From positions 1-61,764 of the IMG/VR virus record IMGVR_UViG_3300027162_000003: DNA of 61,764 nucleotides; one strand, written 5' to 3'. A model generated the notes under the pieces. That model saw nothing but the letters and a program-made list of their open reading frames with translations, was not told the origin of the DNA and searched no databases. The stretch comes from a virus. Lineage: Duplodnaviria; Caudoviricetes. Position 1 is the stretch's first letter. Every line of letters starts with the position of its first letter. The position numbers were made by a program, and so were the translations under genes. Shown piece after piece: positions 18,860 through 29,271 of this stretch.

Positions 18860-21283
18860 TTATCCAGCAGTTGGAGGCTTTGGAGGGTTAGCTACATCAT
18901 TAACCATTCCAAATTGTGTAGGAACTTCGCCTTCAAGTTTTCCAAACTCGCGTGATTGACCAAGTGCAACTCGTCCAGTGCGTCCGCCTGCGGCTGGAGA
19001 TGGTGCGCCGCCTGCGGCGGCTGGCATCAACTCTTCTGGAGGAGGAGTGCCATGCCCTGCGGTAAGATGACTGAACGCTTGTTGTGCGGCAGAACGGAAT
19101 TGCGAAATCATCTTTGAGTCCATTCCCTTTGCCTCTGCTTGCATGATATGCCCCATGAAATGCTCCAATGCTTTGTTCAGCGGTTGAACCATCTCTGGAG
19201 GCAGAGAGCCAGCAGGAGCGTTTTCGATGAGCGGCATGAGCTTTTGAGCCATGACGCTCAAGTGAACCATGTCATTATCTCGCGGAGAAACTGGAACCTC
19301 TTGACCAGCGATTATGCTCTGAAGCTCGATAATCTGCTGACGGGTTGCTTCGATAGCAAGCGACTCAACTTGGTCTTTTGGAAGAATGACGCTATTCGCA
19401 ATACTCTCACCAAGTTTACGACTCCAATCCAACTTGAGCAATTCGTCTTGATTGACATTAGGATTGCCCATGTAGCGTTGGATCATCATGTCGAGAATCT
19501 GATCGTTCTGCGCCTGAGTATCTGGCAACAACTCTTCAGCAGGGCTGTATGCCATAAGAAGAATATCCGAAGGAGGAAGATTTCGCTCAAGCATATTCAA
19601 GACGCACGAAATCGCTTCCTCATCCAAATGATCTGGCACTTGGAATGGAACCATGAACGATGGCAATTCCATGACGCTACGATCAAACGCATCGACAACA
19701 TCAGCCCTAGCCCAAACAGCGTTAGGAACCATCTGGCGAGCGATGTCTAGCTTGGTCTTCAATTCAGCGGCAGCTTTAATATGCTCTGGGTGGCAGATGC
19801 CTCGTTGCATACGCTCAACGGCTTTGCTGTATTGCTTCGTGAAACGCATCAAGATTCCTTCGCGGATTTGATTCTCGATAGCCGCCACCCTGTTAATTTC
19901 AGAAGCGGTAACTTTCTGGTCACGGACTCCAAGAGCAGAGCTAGGAAGGAATGTGCCAATTTGAATTTCAGCAAGACCAGAGATGAAACGATCCAAGTTC
20001 AAGAAGTCTTGGACATTCGCTGGCATATTCTGCGGAATCACCTCATATCCTTCCGCGATATAAGCGACAGGATGATGGACAGTCAGAGGAGTAGCCCCAG
20101 CCTTGGCATTCGGGCCTTTCTTGAGAAGCAACATTCCAGAGAGATAGGAATTATCCACAACAAGGTTACGAGCCTTCTCAACAGCAATATGAGTATTGTA
20201 AAGATCGCGCCCAGCACCACGAGAACTCATCAATGCACCACTTCCAATCTCAACAGAAAACAATGCGAGGCATTCGCTCATTTTGCTGTAACGATCAATC
20301 TGTGTGCAAATCTCATCGCCAGATTTATCGTCAAAAAGAAAACGGCTAATCTTACCATTTGGCTCACGAACCAAAAGCTCACCTAGCTCAACATACTTCG
20401 CATCGTTCTCGTAGCTTGCTCCGTAGCTTCCTTCACGAATCCAGTCCTCGTATCGGCGAGCGTCGTCATCGGAATCAAGTGTGCGTCCAGCAGGGATAGC
20501 ATTGTTAATTGCTTTAACGAGATTCTTGATGTGCCAACCTGCCATTGCGGACATCTGCGGGTCTTCAAGAACTGGCAACAACTCTGCAATTTGATAGCGG
20601 CGTTTCCGCGCCCAGATTGGAGTTGCTTCGGTTTCTTGAGGAGTCTCGATAGAAAAGAATGTGTAGTCTTGGCGAAGGAACTCTGGCTTCCAATCACGAA
20701 GATCATCCCAGCACAATGCACAGAATCCGAATGTGGTATTCTCGTGAACAACTTGGGCAACAATATCGTCATGGCCCTTCCATCCACGGATACATTTTGT
20801 GATCTCTTCGCGGAAAATTTTGGTCTTATTTTCAGAGTCAACTCCCTCAACAGGATACTTGGTGTATGTCAGCGTAGGAGCCTGCTCAATGACTTGTTTG
20901 AACGGAGGCTGGATGCGGCTAACCATCGTGGACAAGAATCCTGTCGGACGATTGCTGCGCCAGTTTTGCCCCATGCTTTCGAGCTTCTTCGCGCTATATG
21001 GAGGCTCGTTATTGAGCTTCTTCTGAATCAGTTGATTCTTGCGATTGCGCTCAACATTCTGTTGCTTCAAGCGGCGATAGGCAGAGTGAGCTTGAGCAGC
21101 ATCTTTGAATGTACGACGAACTTGTAGCGTTTTTGGATCAACAGTATCTCCATTGCTAGTAGGAGAAGGATCAACAACATCAAGATTTAGCTTCCTTGGT
21201 TTGCTTTGATCCGAAATGCGCGGAGCCTTGTTAGCGTAAGTATCGGTAACAATTGCGGGTAGCGGTTTTAAAACATCTGCCAT
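18860..21283 (-). CDS. Portal protein
   Basis: 807 aa helical protein after the terminase; KVTASEINR (TAxE) motif; Pro/Ala-rich tail typical of podophage portals. Confidence 0.75.
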   Translation of the reverse strand: MADVLKPLPAIVTDTYANKAPRISDQSKPRKLNLDVVDPSPTSNGDTVDPKTLQVRRTFKDAAQAHSAYRRLKQQNVERNRKNQLIQKKLNNEPPYSAKKLESMGQNWRSNRPTGFLSTMVSRIQPPFKQVIEQAPTLTYTKYPVEGVDSENKTKIFREEITKCIRGWKGHDDIVAQVVHENTTFGFCALCWDDLRDWKPEFLRQDYTFFSIETPQETEATPIWARKRRYQIAELLPVLEDPQMSAMAGWHIKNLVKAINNAIPAGRTLDSDDDARRYEDWIREGSYGASYENDAKYVELGELLVREPNGKISRFLFDDKSGDEICTQIDRYSKMSECLALFSVEIGSGALMSSRGAGRDLYNTHIAVEKARNLVVDNSYLSGMLLLKKGPNAKAGATPLTVHHPVAYIAEGYEVIPQNMPANVQDFLNLDRFISGLAEIQIGTFLPSSALGVRDQKVTASEINRVAAIENQIREGILMRFTKQYSKAVERMQRGICHPEHIKAAAELKTKLDIARQMVPNAVWARADVVDAFDRSVMELPSFMVPFQVPDHLDEEAISCVLNMLERNLPPSDILLMAYSPAEELLPDTQAQNDQILDMMIQRYMGNPNVNQDELLKLDWSRKLGESIANSVILPKDQVESLAIEATRQQIIELQSIIAGQEVPVSPRDNDMVHLSVMAQKLMPLIENAPAGSLPPEMVQPLNKALEHFMGHIMQAEAKGMDSKMISQFRSAAQQAFSHLTAGHGTPPPEELMPAAAGGAPSPAAGGRTGRVALGQSREFGKLEGEVPTQFGMVNDVANPPKPPTAG

Positions 21284-21285
21284 AA

Positions 21286-21867
21286 TTATTTATTATTCAA
21301 CCAGCAAAATTCTGGCAAATCATTTGATTCTGATAGATTGTCTTTGTCAAAGAAAATCGCCGTTCGGTTATCGTGTCGCAATAACTTACATCCGCCTAGA
21401 ACTTGTGATGATTTTGTATCTCTAGCATTTCGGATACTCGCACAGATGCGATCCGTTGCCGCAATGCAAGAAGAGCATCCTCCACGCCAGTTCACATTAT
21501 TCGGACATTGCCTACAAATCTTAGCTCGTTGTTCAGCCAATTCATCGCTGACAAGTTGAGTCTGCTTTGTAGAGTGCAATATATTCCTAGCCCAAGTGGA
21601 GATGTCACTCATCAAGTCGCCTTGCCGAGTAGGAGGTTTTATGCTCGTTACAGTAACCATATCGACACCATGACAAAAATGCGGCCAATTACCGCAAATG
21701 TAGTTGGTTATATCTCCCTCAACATCGTTAATAGGCAAGTGGTTTTCTGCCCTATAACTTGTTACATTATCTATAAGGTTGCGATATGTATAACCCACAA
21801 TTTTAACATCGCCATCAATATAGTGATAGCCTCCGGGTGGAACCATTCCTTGAATTAATCTTGGCAT
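21286..21867 (-). CDS. Cys-rich hypothetical protein
   Basis: Nine Cys, including CRQC and CSSC; between terminase and portal. Confidence 0.7.
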   Translation of the reverse strand: MPRLIQGMVPPGGYHYIDGDVKIVGYTYRNLIDNVTSYRAENHLPINDVEGDITNYICGNWPHFCHGVDMVTVTSIKPPTRQGDLMSDISTWARNILHSTKQTQLVSDELAEQRAKICRQCPNNVNWRGGCSSCIAATDRICASIRNARDTKSSQVLGGCKLLRHDNRTAIFFDKDNLSESNDLPEFCWLNNK

Positions 21868-21870
21868 ATA

Positions 21871-23727
21871 TTATTCAGAAAAATCAACATATTCCATTTT
21901 CTCGATTCCTTGCAAGGCTTTTGTTCTTGTTGGTAACTCTGGCTTTGCGTCGGTCATAGTCGCAATTGCGCCTCCTCGTTGTCTCAAAAGAAACACAAGC
22001 AAGGAAAGCGAATCCAATGCGTCAGGAGAATGTTGCCGTGTTCGCTTGCAATAATCGCCTTTACTTTCCACTCGAACCAAGCCTTGGCCTTTCTGCTTGT
22101 AGCGTCTCGCAGTAGCTTGGCGCACCAACTCTTCGCTACGGAACCCCGGCGATATTTTCAAATACTCAAACTCCAAATACTTCGCTAGACCGAAAATCAA
22201 TTCGGTAACAACGCCAGAATAAAGTTGTGACGCTGGCAAGGAATCGTCGCCAAGAATGTGAGTATCCGTAGCCATAGTTGAGTAGTTGACTCCAAGCACA
22301 TCTCCCCACACGGACTTCAACGAATCATGGATGCCAGCACCATTACCTGTTCGGTCAACGCATACCCAGTTCGGAGCAATACGCATATTCTTACAGAATT
22401 TGATAATATTTGTGGACTGCTCCAATGTCGCGGCCTTCGGGAATGGAATCTGTGAGTCAAGTTGTAAGACAACCTTGGGCTTCTTATACTCAACAAATCT
22501 ACCACTCATTGGCGTATAGCCGTCAGAAAGCCCAAATCTGCCGTAAGAACAGATTACTTGGTCATTGCCCTCCAAAGCCAAGTCGAACGCACACAGAGGC
22601 ACTACAGGCCCAATAAAGCGGGTAATTCCCATGGCATTGTCCATCATGCTTGGCGTCATGATTGCCATGGACACGCCTTCCTGCGGGAACCAGCCCCTAG
22701 CCATGGTATAATATTCTGCCGTCTTACCCTTGGATTCGTAGGCTTGATAGCCTTCGTGAGTCTGAAGACCGGGGAATACGATCTTTTTCTCAATCACATT
22801 CTCGCACTTTGCGGCATCCAATCGCAAGATATGCCAACCATCTCGACTCTTCCATTCCAAGTCATCCTCGCAGTCAATAGAACCCCAGCCTGCTGTTGGC
22901 TCACAACGCTTGCCAAATTCGCTAGTCCTATCCTTCGGGTTGCTTGCCGCAAATATCTTGATTCGACCCTTCGCTCCTTCCGTATCCGCCGCAGACAGGA
23001 TGTTCTGCAATCCTTCCCAGACACCAGCAGGAACTTCTTCCGCTTCGTCCAGCACAACATGAGTCCTAGACATCCTGCCCCATTTCGGATGCGGCTTACC
23101 ACTTCTTGGGCTAGGGTGGAAACCACGGAGCGTTCCAGTTCCGCTATCACCTTTAGGAACAGCAACAAGATGAATCCCGTTCTTGCTATCGTTATTCGCT
23201 TGGATACTTTTTACAAGTGTCTCACTGCCTTCAAATTCTGGTCTAACCAATGCAGTTGTATAGAACTTCTTAATAGCTGCAAATACATTTCGCTGTGCGT
23301 GTTCGGCAGTCAATGACACAACTTTAATACAAGTATAGTGAGGATCACGCATCCAATCCAACAAAAACCAAGCCGCTGCACCGAATGTTTTTCCCATCGC
23401 GCCAGCACCTTGGATCAGCAATTTATCGTGATCGAACAAACATCTCCATGTGTTTTGACTGGACATTGGTCGCCAATCATAGACTTGTGGCCCCCAGAGA
23501 ATCGTTGCCGCTGCCTCAAACTGATCTGCATCCAGCAAGCTCTGGACATAGTTTTTCACTATTTCCTTCGCTTTTGGTATATCCAATTCGACCTTTCCCT
23601 TCACAGATGCCGCATTTAGAATGATATGCTTTGCCGCATATACAATTCCAACATCTTCATCCCTGTCAGCCTCTTCCCGAATCTCCTCGGCTAACTTAAT
23701 CGTCCTATTTACGCTTCCGCCAATCAT
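21871..23727 (-). CDS. terL: Terminase large subunit
   Basis: Walker A GAGAMGKT, Walker B VVLDEAEE, ASNP coupling motif, nuclease FDLALEGND and SPDALD. Confidence 0.9.
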   Translation of the reverse strand: MIGGSVNRTIKLAEEIREEADRDEDVGIVYAAKHIILNAASVKGKVELDIPKAKEIVKNYVQSLLDADQFEAAATILWGPQVYDWRPMSSQNTWRCLFDHDKLLIQGAGAMGKTFGAAAWFLLDWMRDPHYTCIKVVSLTAEHAQRNVFAAIKKFYTTALVRPEFEGSETLVKSIQANNDSKNGIHLVAVPKGDSGTGTLRGFHPSPRSGKPHPKWGRMSRTHVVLDEAEEVPAGVWEGLQNILSAADTEGAKGRIKIFAASNPKDRTSEFGKRCEPTAGWGSIDCEDDLEWKSRDGWHILRLDAAKCENVIEKKIVFPGLQTHEGYQAYESKGKTAEYYTMARGWFPQEGVSMAIMTPSMMDNAMGITRFIGPVVPLCAFDLALEGNDQVICSYGRFGLSDGYTPMSGRFVEYKKPKVVLQLDSQIPFPKAATLEQSTNIIKFCKNMRIAPNWVCVDRTGNGAGIHDSLKSVWGDVLGVNYSTMATDTHILGDDSLPASQLYSGVVTELIFGLAKYLEFEYLKISPGFRSEELVRQATARRYKQKGQGLVRVESKGDYCKRTRQHSPDALDSLSLLVFLLRQRGGAIATMTDAKPELPTRTKALQGIEKMEYVDFSE

Positions 23728-24005
23728 GTCAGCTCTGGCAAATTCCTTTCCTGCTTAAACCTAAGCAATACATTCCACACTTGCTCCAGTGTATCATCGC
23801 AAGCCCTTACCCGCCGATTTACTTTGTTCCCGTCATCGTCGTAGCTTTCAACATTAAACTCCTTAAACTCGCCAGAATCATATCTAAGTTTACTTCTAAT
23901 CTCTTGCTCCAAGTCGTTAATGACTATCAATGCATCCAATCCATGGATAGCATAAGCATGGTCGTCCTGTTCTTCGGGTAGGTTGAATTCAAGTATAGCT
24001 TTCAT
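23724..24005 (-). CDS. Hypothetical phage protein
   Basis: MKAILEFNLPEE N-terminus, common in phages. Confidence 0.65.
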   Translation of the reverse strand: MKAILEFNLPEEQDDHAYAIHGLDALIVINDLEQEIRSKLRYDSGEFKEFNVESYDDDGNKVNRRVRACDDTLEQVWNVLLRFKQERNLPELT

Positions 24006-24514
24006 ATGTTTTTATTTATCCATTCTGCAACTCGTTTAGCTTGTGGTGTTTCTTCTTTTATTATTTGCTCATAGCAAACATCTCCGTATGACTTAAATAT
24101 CTGGACATTATTTACTAACCATCCCATATGGTATCCAGAACGCATAAAGTCAATGAAATTCTGCGTTGCTTCTCTATCAACGACAAAGTTTAACTTACCA
24201 AATTTATGCTCCCAATACTCTTTTGGCTGACAATTAATATGCCCATGCCCACCTTGCCCCGGCACTGCTGCTGAGAAGATAATCGTTGGAGCCAACTCTG
24301 TTAGCTTCTCTACAACATAATCCGCTTCATACGGATCAATATGCTCGGCAACCTCTAGGCACAATGCCAAGTCATACTTTCCATCCTCATCAAACATCGA
24401 CTTGATTGTTTCTGGACAACGCTTATCTGGATCAATGCCAATAACATCGTGACCCAACTCACGCAATGCTTGGACATAAATCCCCGGCCCACAACCTACA
24501 TCAATTATTTTCAT
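24002..24514 (-). CDS. SAM-dependent methyltransferase
   Basis: IDVGCGPG; YDLALCLEVAEH; AAVPGQGGHGHINCQPKEYW (glycan-associated MTase type). Confidence 0.85.
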   Translation of the reverse strand: MKIIDVGCGPGIYVQALRELGHDVIGIDPDKRCPETIKSMFDEDGKYDLALCLEVAEHIDPYEADYVVEKLTELAPTIIFSAAVPGQGGHGHINCQPKEYWEHKFGKLNFVVDREATQNFIDFMRSGYHMGWLVNNVQIFKSYGDVCYEQIIKEETPQAKRVAEWINKNI

Positions 24515-24571
24515 ATTTATTCATTAAGAAATATACAAAACAATAAACACCAACACCTAAAACAATATAGT

Positions 24572-25678
24572 TCATGGATAATTCTTCATTCCTGCATACA
24601 ATCCATTGCCATCAGCATACCAGCCCCTATCCGTATAAACATTCATCACATCTTTGAAGTATTTCTCATACATCGGGGCAACTTTCTCAAGACTAAAATT
24701 CATTCCCCACTTCCTGCAATCCATAGGCTTAATGTCATCAATATTTTTGATCGCATCTACAAAGTCACCCATCGTCCGACACCGAAATCCTGTGATGCCA
24801 TGCAAATTATTCTCTGCAAAGCTACCCCAATCTGTCGTTATCGTTGGCGTTCCACATAGCAAATTCTCAACCTGAACACCACCGAATGGCTCGATATACT
24901 GGCTAGGAACGAAACTTGCCTTGGCGTTAGCCATCAATTTTTTTCTGGTTTCCACATCAGCATATCCAACATATTCCACATGGTCAGGTAACTTATAGCC
25001 TTCTTCTTTCTGCCCTGCGATTACCAACTTCACTCCTGCCTTCTCTGTGGCTTGGATCGCTACATCAACGCCCTTTCCACTGTAAACCCTTCCCAGATAC
25101 AGAAAATAATCTTCCTTCTTAGCGTTAAACTCGAAATCCTCCACATCGAAATAATTCGGGATGACAACATCATACCAGTCCTGTTTGCATGAACCCACTG
25201 CCGACATTCCATAATAGGCATGATAAATTGCGTAGGACTCAAACACCTTCCACCTTGCCCAATGTCCACCCGCATACCCAATCCCCGGCTCCACGCAAAT
25301 CATGTCTTGATGCGCGTCACAGATAGGACGAACGCCTGAACCCCAGAAGGGCAGAATAAAATCATGCTTCTGCTTTCTTTTCCCTACTTCCCTAATCGCG
25401 TTCTTGTAAAATGTCTGATAGGCGTGATCGTTCGTGTTAAACTTAAAGAATGTTTTTCTCCAATCATGCGAGCCGTAGCTTTTCGCAAAATCATCGTTAG
25501 TCAGAACTGGCACATTCTCCGAGCAAATCAAGTCGCTCTCTTCATGCCCATAGTGAATGACCTCATGTCCTCGTTCAACCATCATCTTGCCGAACTTCAC
25601 AACCTTTTGAGTATATGCACAGGCGTTGAACTCTTTTGATGTGACTGTGTGCGGGAGTCCTAAAATGTGAAATCTCAT
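24572..25678 (-). CDS. GT4-like (GT-B) glycosyltransferase
   Basis: YLGRVYSGKG and EPFGGVQVE (Ex7E) motifs. Confidence 0.85.
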   Translation of the reverse strand: MRFHILGLPHTVTSKEFNACAYTQKVVKFGKMMVERGHEVIHYGHEESDLICSENVPVLTNDDFAKSYGSHDWRKTFFKFNTNDHAYQTFYKNAIREVGKRKQKHDFILPFWGSGVRPICDAHQDMICVEPGIGYAGGHWARWKVFESYAIYHAYYGMSAVGSCKQDWYDVVIPNYFDVEDFEFNAKKEDYFLYLGRVYSGKGVDVAIQATEKAGVKLVIAGQKEEGYKLPDHVEYVGYADVETRKKLMANAKASFVPSQYIEPFGGVQVENLLCGTPTITTDWGSFAENNLHGITGFRCRTMGDFVDAIKNIDDIKPMDCRKWGMNFSLEKVAPMYEKYFKDVMNVYTDRGWYADGNGLYAGMKNYP

Positions 25679-26190
25679 GTGTTTTTTAAAAGCTTTTCCC
25701 CTTCTGCATATCCTCCGCGATAAATTTCAACTCCGTTTTCTTTCACAACAAACATCGACGGTTTCGTTGAATGATCCCAATATGAGGAAAATCGTTTATC
25801 CTGTAACCGAATCAACTCTATCCCGAAATCTATTGCAAGCGTTATACTCGTGATGTCTCGATCATAAATATCACGATAGATCACCCTCTTGATTCCATAG
25901 CTTGCAATAGAACGCAAGCAATCATTGCATGGCAACAATGTCACGGCAATCAAAGCGCATTCATCAGGCTTCACATACCTCAACGCATTTTGCTCGGCGT
26001 GGACGATATAGAGCCTTCGTTTATCTCGATCCACCCAATCTTCACGCATTCCAGCGGGAAAGCCGTTGTATCCAATCCCCGCGACTGTATTGTCATGGCG
26101 CAATAAACAAGCCCCTACTTGTCTCCATGGGTCTTTACTTTTCTTCGCGGCAATCGTCGCCAATTCTAAAGCGTATTCATTCCAGTTCAT
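25675..26190 (-). CDS. dCMP deaminase
   Basis: SKDP..QVGA, GYNG, HAEQNA and PCNDC zinc motifs. Confidence 0.9.
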   Translation of the reverse strand: MNWNEYALELATIAAKKSKDPWRQVGACLLRHDNTVAGIGYNGFPAGMREDWVDRDKRRLYIVHAEQNALRYVKPDECALIAVTLLPCNDCLRSIASYGIKRVIYRDIYDRDITSITLAIDFGIELIRLQDKRFSSYWDHSTKPSMFVVKENGVEIYRGGYAEGEKLLKNT

Positions 26191-26507
26191 AGTTCAAACG
26201 CTCGCAACTCTCCGGGGATGTCATCTGGGAATCTAATGCTGTCGATGTTCGCCTTGTGGAATTCTTCAATTTCTATTGCGTCCTTTAATTCACCACGCAG
26301 GAAAATCAAAGCGGTTTCGTATTTATCAAAAGTAGATCGCTCCGTTTCGTGCAGATATCCTTTATGTTCCACGATGAAAACAGGATCGTTGCCATAGCTC
26401 CATTTTACTTCGATATGCCAATGGCAATCCCTATCCTTGTGATGGTCTCCAGCGATTAGCTTGTGGTATTTCTCAGCTAACTCTGTGATTTGCTTTTCAA
26501 TCTTCAT
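26187..26507 (-). CDS. Hypothetical protein
   Basis: Overlapping stop/start coupling within the operon. Confidence 0.55.
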   Translation of the reverse strand: MKIEKQITELAEKYHKLIAGDHHKDRDCHWHIEVKWSYGNDPVFIVEHKGYLHETERSTFDKYETALIFLRGELKDAIEIEEFHKANIDSIRFPDDIPGELRAFEL

Positions 26508-26880
26508 CGGTGTTCAGTCCTCGCTCCATCATGTTCAACGCATGGTTTAGTTCGTGGTGAAAATGTTCCTCGGTGAAATCCTTTTGATTTAAACGGAAAA
26601 TGCAAGCCGATACAACTCGAAGAAGTCTTGCGTAGGTGAACGCGGCGGCGAGTCCGGCGATTGTCGCGTCAGAATAGTTTGAATATATCGGTCCGCCTTC
26701 ATCGTCTATCTCATCGCTTCCGTTGTTTTGAATCAATCCCATGAGCCAGCCAGCAAACAAGTCGAGCGTTTGAATAAACTCGTTCGGGTTGATTGTTTGC
26801 TCTTCAATGTTCATCTGGGCTTCAATGTCGCGCTGACCATCGGCGAAGCCTTCCCAATAGTCTTGAGACTTGTCACTCAT
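26497..26880 (-). CDS. Hypothetical protein
   Basis: Likely start MSDKSQDYWEG overlapping the MazG-like stop. Confidence 0.55.
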   Translation of the reverse strand: MSDKSQDYWEGFADGQRDIEAQMNIEEQTINPNEFIQTLDLFAGWLMGLIQNNGSDEIDDEGGPIYSNYSDATIAGLAAAFTYARLLRVVSACIFRLNQKDFTEEHFHHELNHALNMMERGLNTDED

Positions 26881-27356
26881 TGGCATGATTCGCATTCTTC
26901 ATCTTCTAGGCTACAGGCGCGAGGAACTACTTCGTCGAAATCCTCGTCGGCCTCTACCTCTGGGCCTTTTATCTCGCTTCCGTGGTCTTTGTCCATGCTC
27001 TGCATCTTATCGGCTCGTTCCACTGCGGCGGCGTTGCTGTACGATTTCCCGTATCTAGTGGAAAGCTTTGCCATATTTTCAGCGATGACTGAATCTAGTT
27101 CGGTGTCGATGCTGTCGAGAATGCCGACAATGTAGAAAAGCAAGTCGCCGCATTCTTCTCGGACATTGGCAATATCTAAAGGTTTTCGGTAGATTGTGGC
27201 TTTCTTCACGGCGTCCAGTAATTCTCCGGCTTCTCCGCTGATTCCGATTGCCATGTGCAGGCGGTGACAATCTTGTGGAGTTAATTCGGCGGCGATTGCA
27301 TTCCCCGGCTTTGCTAGGCTCCGAACGAAGTCGCGATATCTATTTAGATTTTCCAT
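26877..27356 (-). CDS. MazG-like nucleotide pyrophosphohydrolase with Cys-rich tail
   Basis: GISGEAGELLDAVKK, EECGDLLFY, N..KL..RY motifs. Confidence 0.85.
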   Translation of the reverse strand: MENLNRYRDFVRSLAKPGNAIAAELTPQDCHRLHMAIGISGEAGELLDAVKKATIYRKPLDIANVREECGDLLFYIVGILDSIDTELDSVIAENMAKLSTRYGKSYSNAAAVERADKMQSMDKDHGSEIKGPEVEADEDFDEVVPRACSLEDEECESCQ

Positions 27357-27589
27357 GGCCTTCCCTCTATCATGGTTTTTTCCGTCCGCAATCGGTTTTT
27401 TCAGATAGGAAAAGTTCTAGTGTCCGCACTCCCTTTTCTAGTTCGTCAATGGCCTCCTCTCTGCTCTTTAGTGCGTCCAGTAGGGTCTTGATAAATAGGG
27501 CGGAGTTCTCAGCGGTAGGGTTCTTGGCGTAGGCGTGTGAAAGAATCTCTAGTTCGGTCTTGGTTTTTTTGGACATAGGGGGGCGAATG

Positions 27590-27950
27590 ATGCCCGAAAA
27601 GCTGAACGAGTCAAACATGGGGCTTATGGCTTCAGCAATGGCATTGCATGGGGCATTTTACTGATCGGTAAAAATACCGAATGCGGGAGAAGTTCCTGCG
27701 AGATTATTCCCGGTCGGTAAAAGTTGGCAATCACCGACACTTTGAAAAGTGGCTCATAGCATACAATCGGCGAAAAGTTCGGTGATGCCATTGGGCGAAA
27801 TTAACCTATCCGTTAATTACTCACATTCGGGGAAAATATGCGGTTCTGAGAATATGCAGGAAAGTGTCACAATATGACAGATTGAAGCAAATCCCTATCT
27901 GGTATAGTTTCGGGGAATCTAGCTAGATTCTCCCCTTTTCGGGTATAACA
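27590..27950. repeat. Array of degenerate palindromes downstream of terS
   Basis: About nine variants of WWCCCGATCGGGAA (e.g. TTACTGATCGGTAA, TTCCCGGTCGGTAA) plus the perfect palindrome GAATCTAGCTAGATTC (27915-27930). Confidence 0.5.
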
Positions 27951-27980
27951 AAAACCTGCGCTGAGATTGTGTCTCGTTAT

Positions 27981-28463
27981 CTATTCTGATTCCACTATCT
28001 CGGCCTCTATCGGCTCGGCGTCGGATATCCTAGCAACTGGTGCAGATAGTTCTTTCAGGCTGTCGCGGGTGTCTCGTTCTGGAACCGCGAAAGAGATTTT
28101 AAAGTTGGTATTGCCAGTCTGCTCCACTTCTACCTTGTCGCCGTATTTCTTGGGCGCAAGTTTGGAAGCCGTCCACTTTAGAGCGTCGATTCTTAGTCTG
28201 CCGATTTGTGCGTCATGTGAATTAAACGCCTCCGTCATTACCATGTCCGCGAAAGTATCGGCCTGTTTACTCCTCGCTCGTGCGTAGTCTTGAAAGAAGT
28301 CGGGATGATTGTCGAGCCATTTGTAAACCGTGGGAATGCTTGGAACATCGGGAAGCTGGCAAATTGCGTTGAGTGTCATTCCCGATTCTATCATATCGCA
28401 AATCTGTTTTGCGGTATCTTGATCAAAAGGGATTTCTGGTCTTCCGAGTTGTTTTTCTGTCAT
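27981..28463 (-). CDS. terS: Terminase small subunit (Sf6/P22-like)
   Basis: GRP..FDQDTAKQICDMIESGMTLNAIC..PSIPTVYKWL..YARAR..RLRIDALKW.ASKLAPKKYGDK. Confidence 0.9.
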   Translation of the reverse strand: MTEKQLGRPEIPFDQDTAKQICDMIESGMTLNAICQLPDVPSIPTVYKWLDNHPDFFQDYARARSKQADTFADMVMTEAFNSHDAQIGRLRIDALKWTASKLAPKKYGDKVEVEQTGNTNFKISFAVPERDTRDSLKELSAPVARISDAEPIEAEIVESE

Positions 28464-28469
28464 GTTGTG

Positions 28470-28940
28470 AGGGGTAACGAAAATTTATCGTTTGACAAGG
28501 TTTTTTTGGTCTTTAGTGTTCTAATGCTTTCAGCGTTTACGCTGAGAAAAGAATCCATTTGCATGGCTTCTATTCTTGCGCTTCACCTCGTCAATGTTGG
28601 CATGATTCTTGATTATTTCCTTTCTGATCTTGGCATGATTTTTGAATGTTTGGAATGATTCTAAATTATCAGCAACACGACCCTGCCTCTTACGGGCGGT
28701 CGGTTGCAAAATCTGATTTTTCTTTTGGTCTCTCAAAATGTTTTTTTCAATTATTTTCATGAATTGAAAAGCCCGCAGACCCGCATGGGATGCGGTTCCG
28801 TGGGCTAGTCAATAAAATAAATGCGTGCGCGAGAAATTATTTTTTACGATTTTTCTTGGTGTTCGCGTGAGTCTGCGCGAGTCTCTTTTCAGTGAACGAC
28901 GCACAACGCGACGACACGAAAAACCAAACGAAAAACCAAA
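28470..28940. promoter_or_regulatory. Divergent early/late control region
   Basis: Strand switch point; hairpin GCCCGCAGACCCGCAT..ATGCGGTTCCGTGGGC (about 28771-28805). Confidence 0.45.
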
Positions 28941-28945
28941 TCAAA

Positions 28946-29218
28946 ATGACAGCACGCGAAAAATTCCAAAACATCATTGACCGCCTAAGCAACCTTGGTC
29001 TCAACGAAGTTGAAATTTGCGAAAGAAAATCTTTAGGGGGCCGTATTGAAACCGAAGCCAGCTTGACCGTTGGCCCAAATTTTATTTGCGCGACCTATTC
29101 CCCATCGGGCTATCTACACCCTCGCACCAGTTGTAAAGTTTTTGCTCGCGTAAAAGGCAAGCCCTCCACGCTTGAGCATTGGATTGCTTACACTCGTAGC
29201 AGCAACTTGCCCGCCTAA
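28946..29218 (+). CDS. Early hypothetical protein
   Basis: ATG after the A-rich tract CAAATCAAAATG. Confidence 0.6.
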   Translation: MTAREKFQNIIDRLSNLGLNEVEICERKSLGGRIETEASLTVGPNFICATYSPSGYLHPRTSCKVFARVKGKPSTLEHWIAYTRSSNLPA

Positions 29219-29271
29219 CCTTCCCGTTCCCCCCAGAACAAACCCAAACCAAACCTCAAACGAAAAATCAA

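Noticed and set aside
28290-28760. ORFs 28290-28658 (+) and 28530-28760 (-)
   Set aside because: Overlap terS antisense or the low-complexity control region; no recognisable motifs
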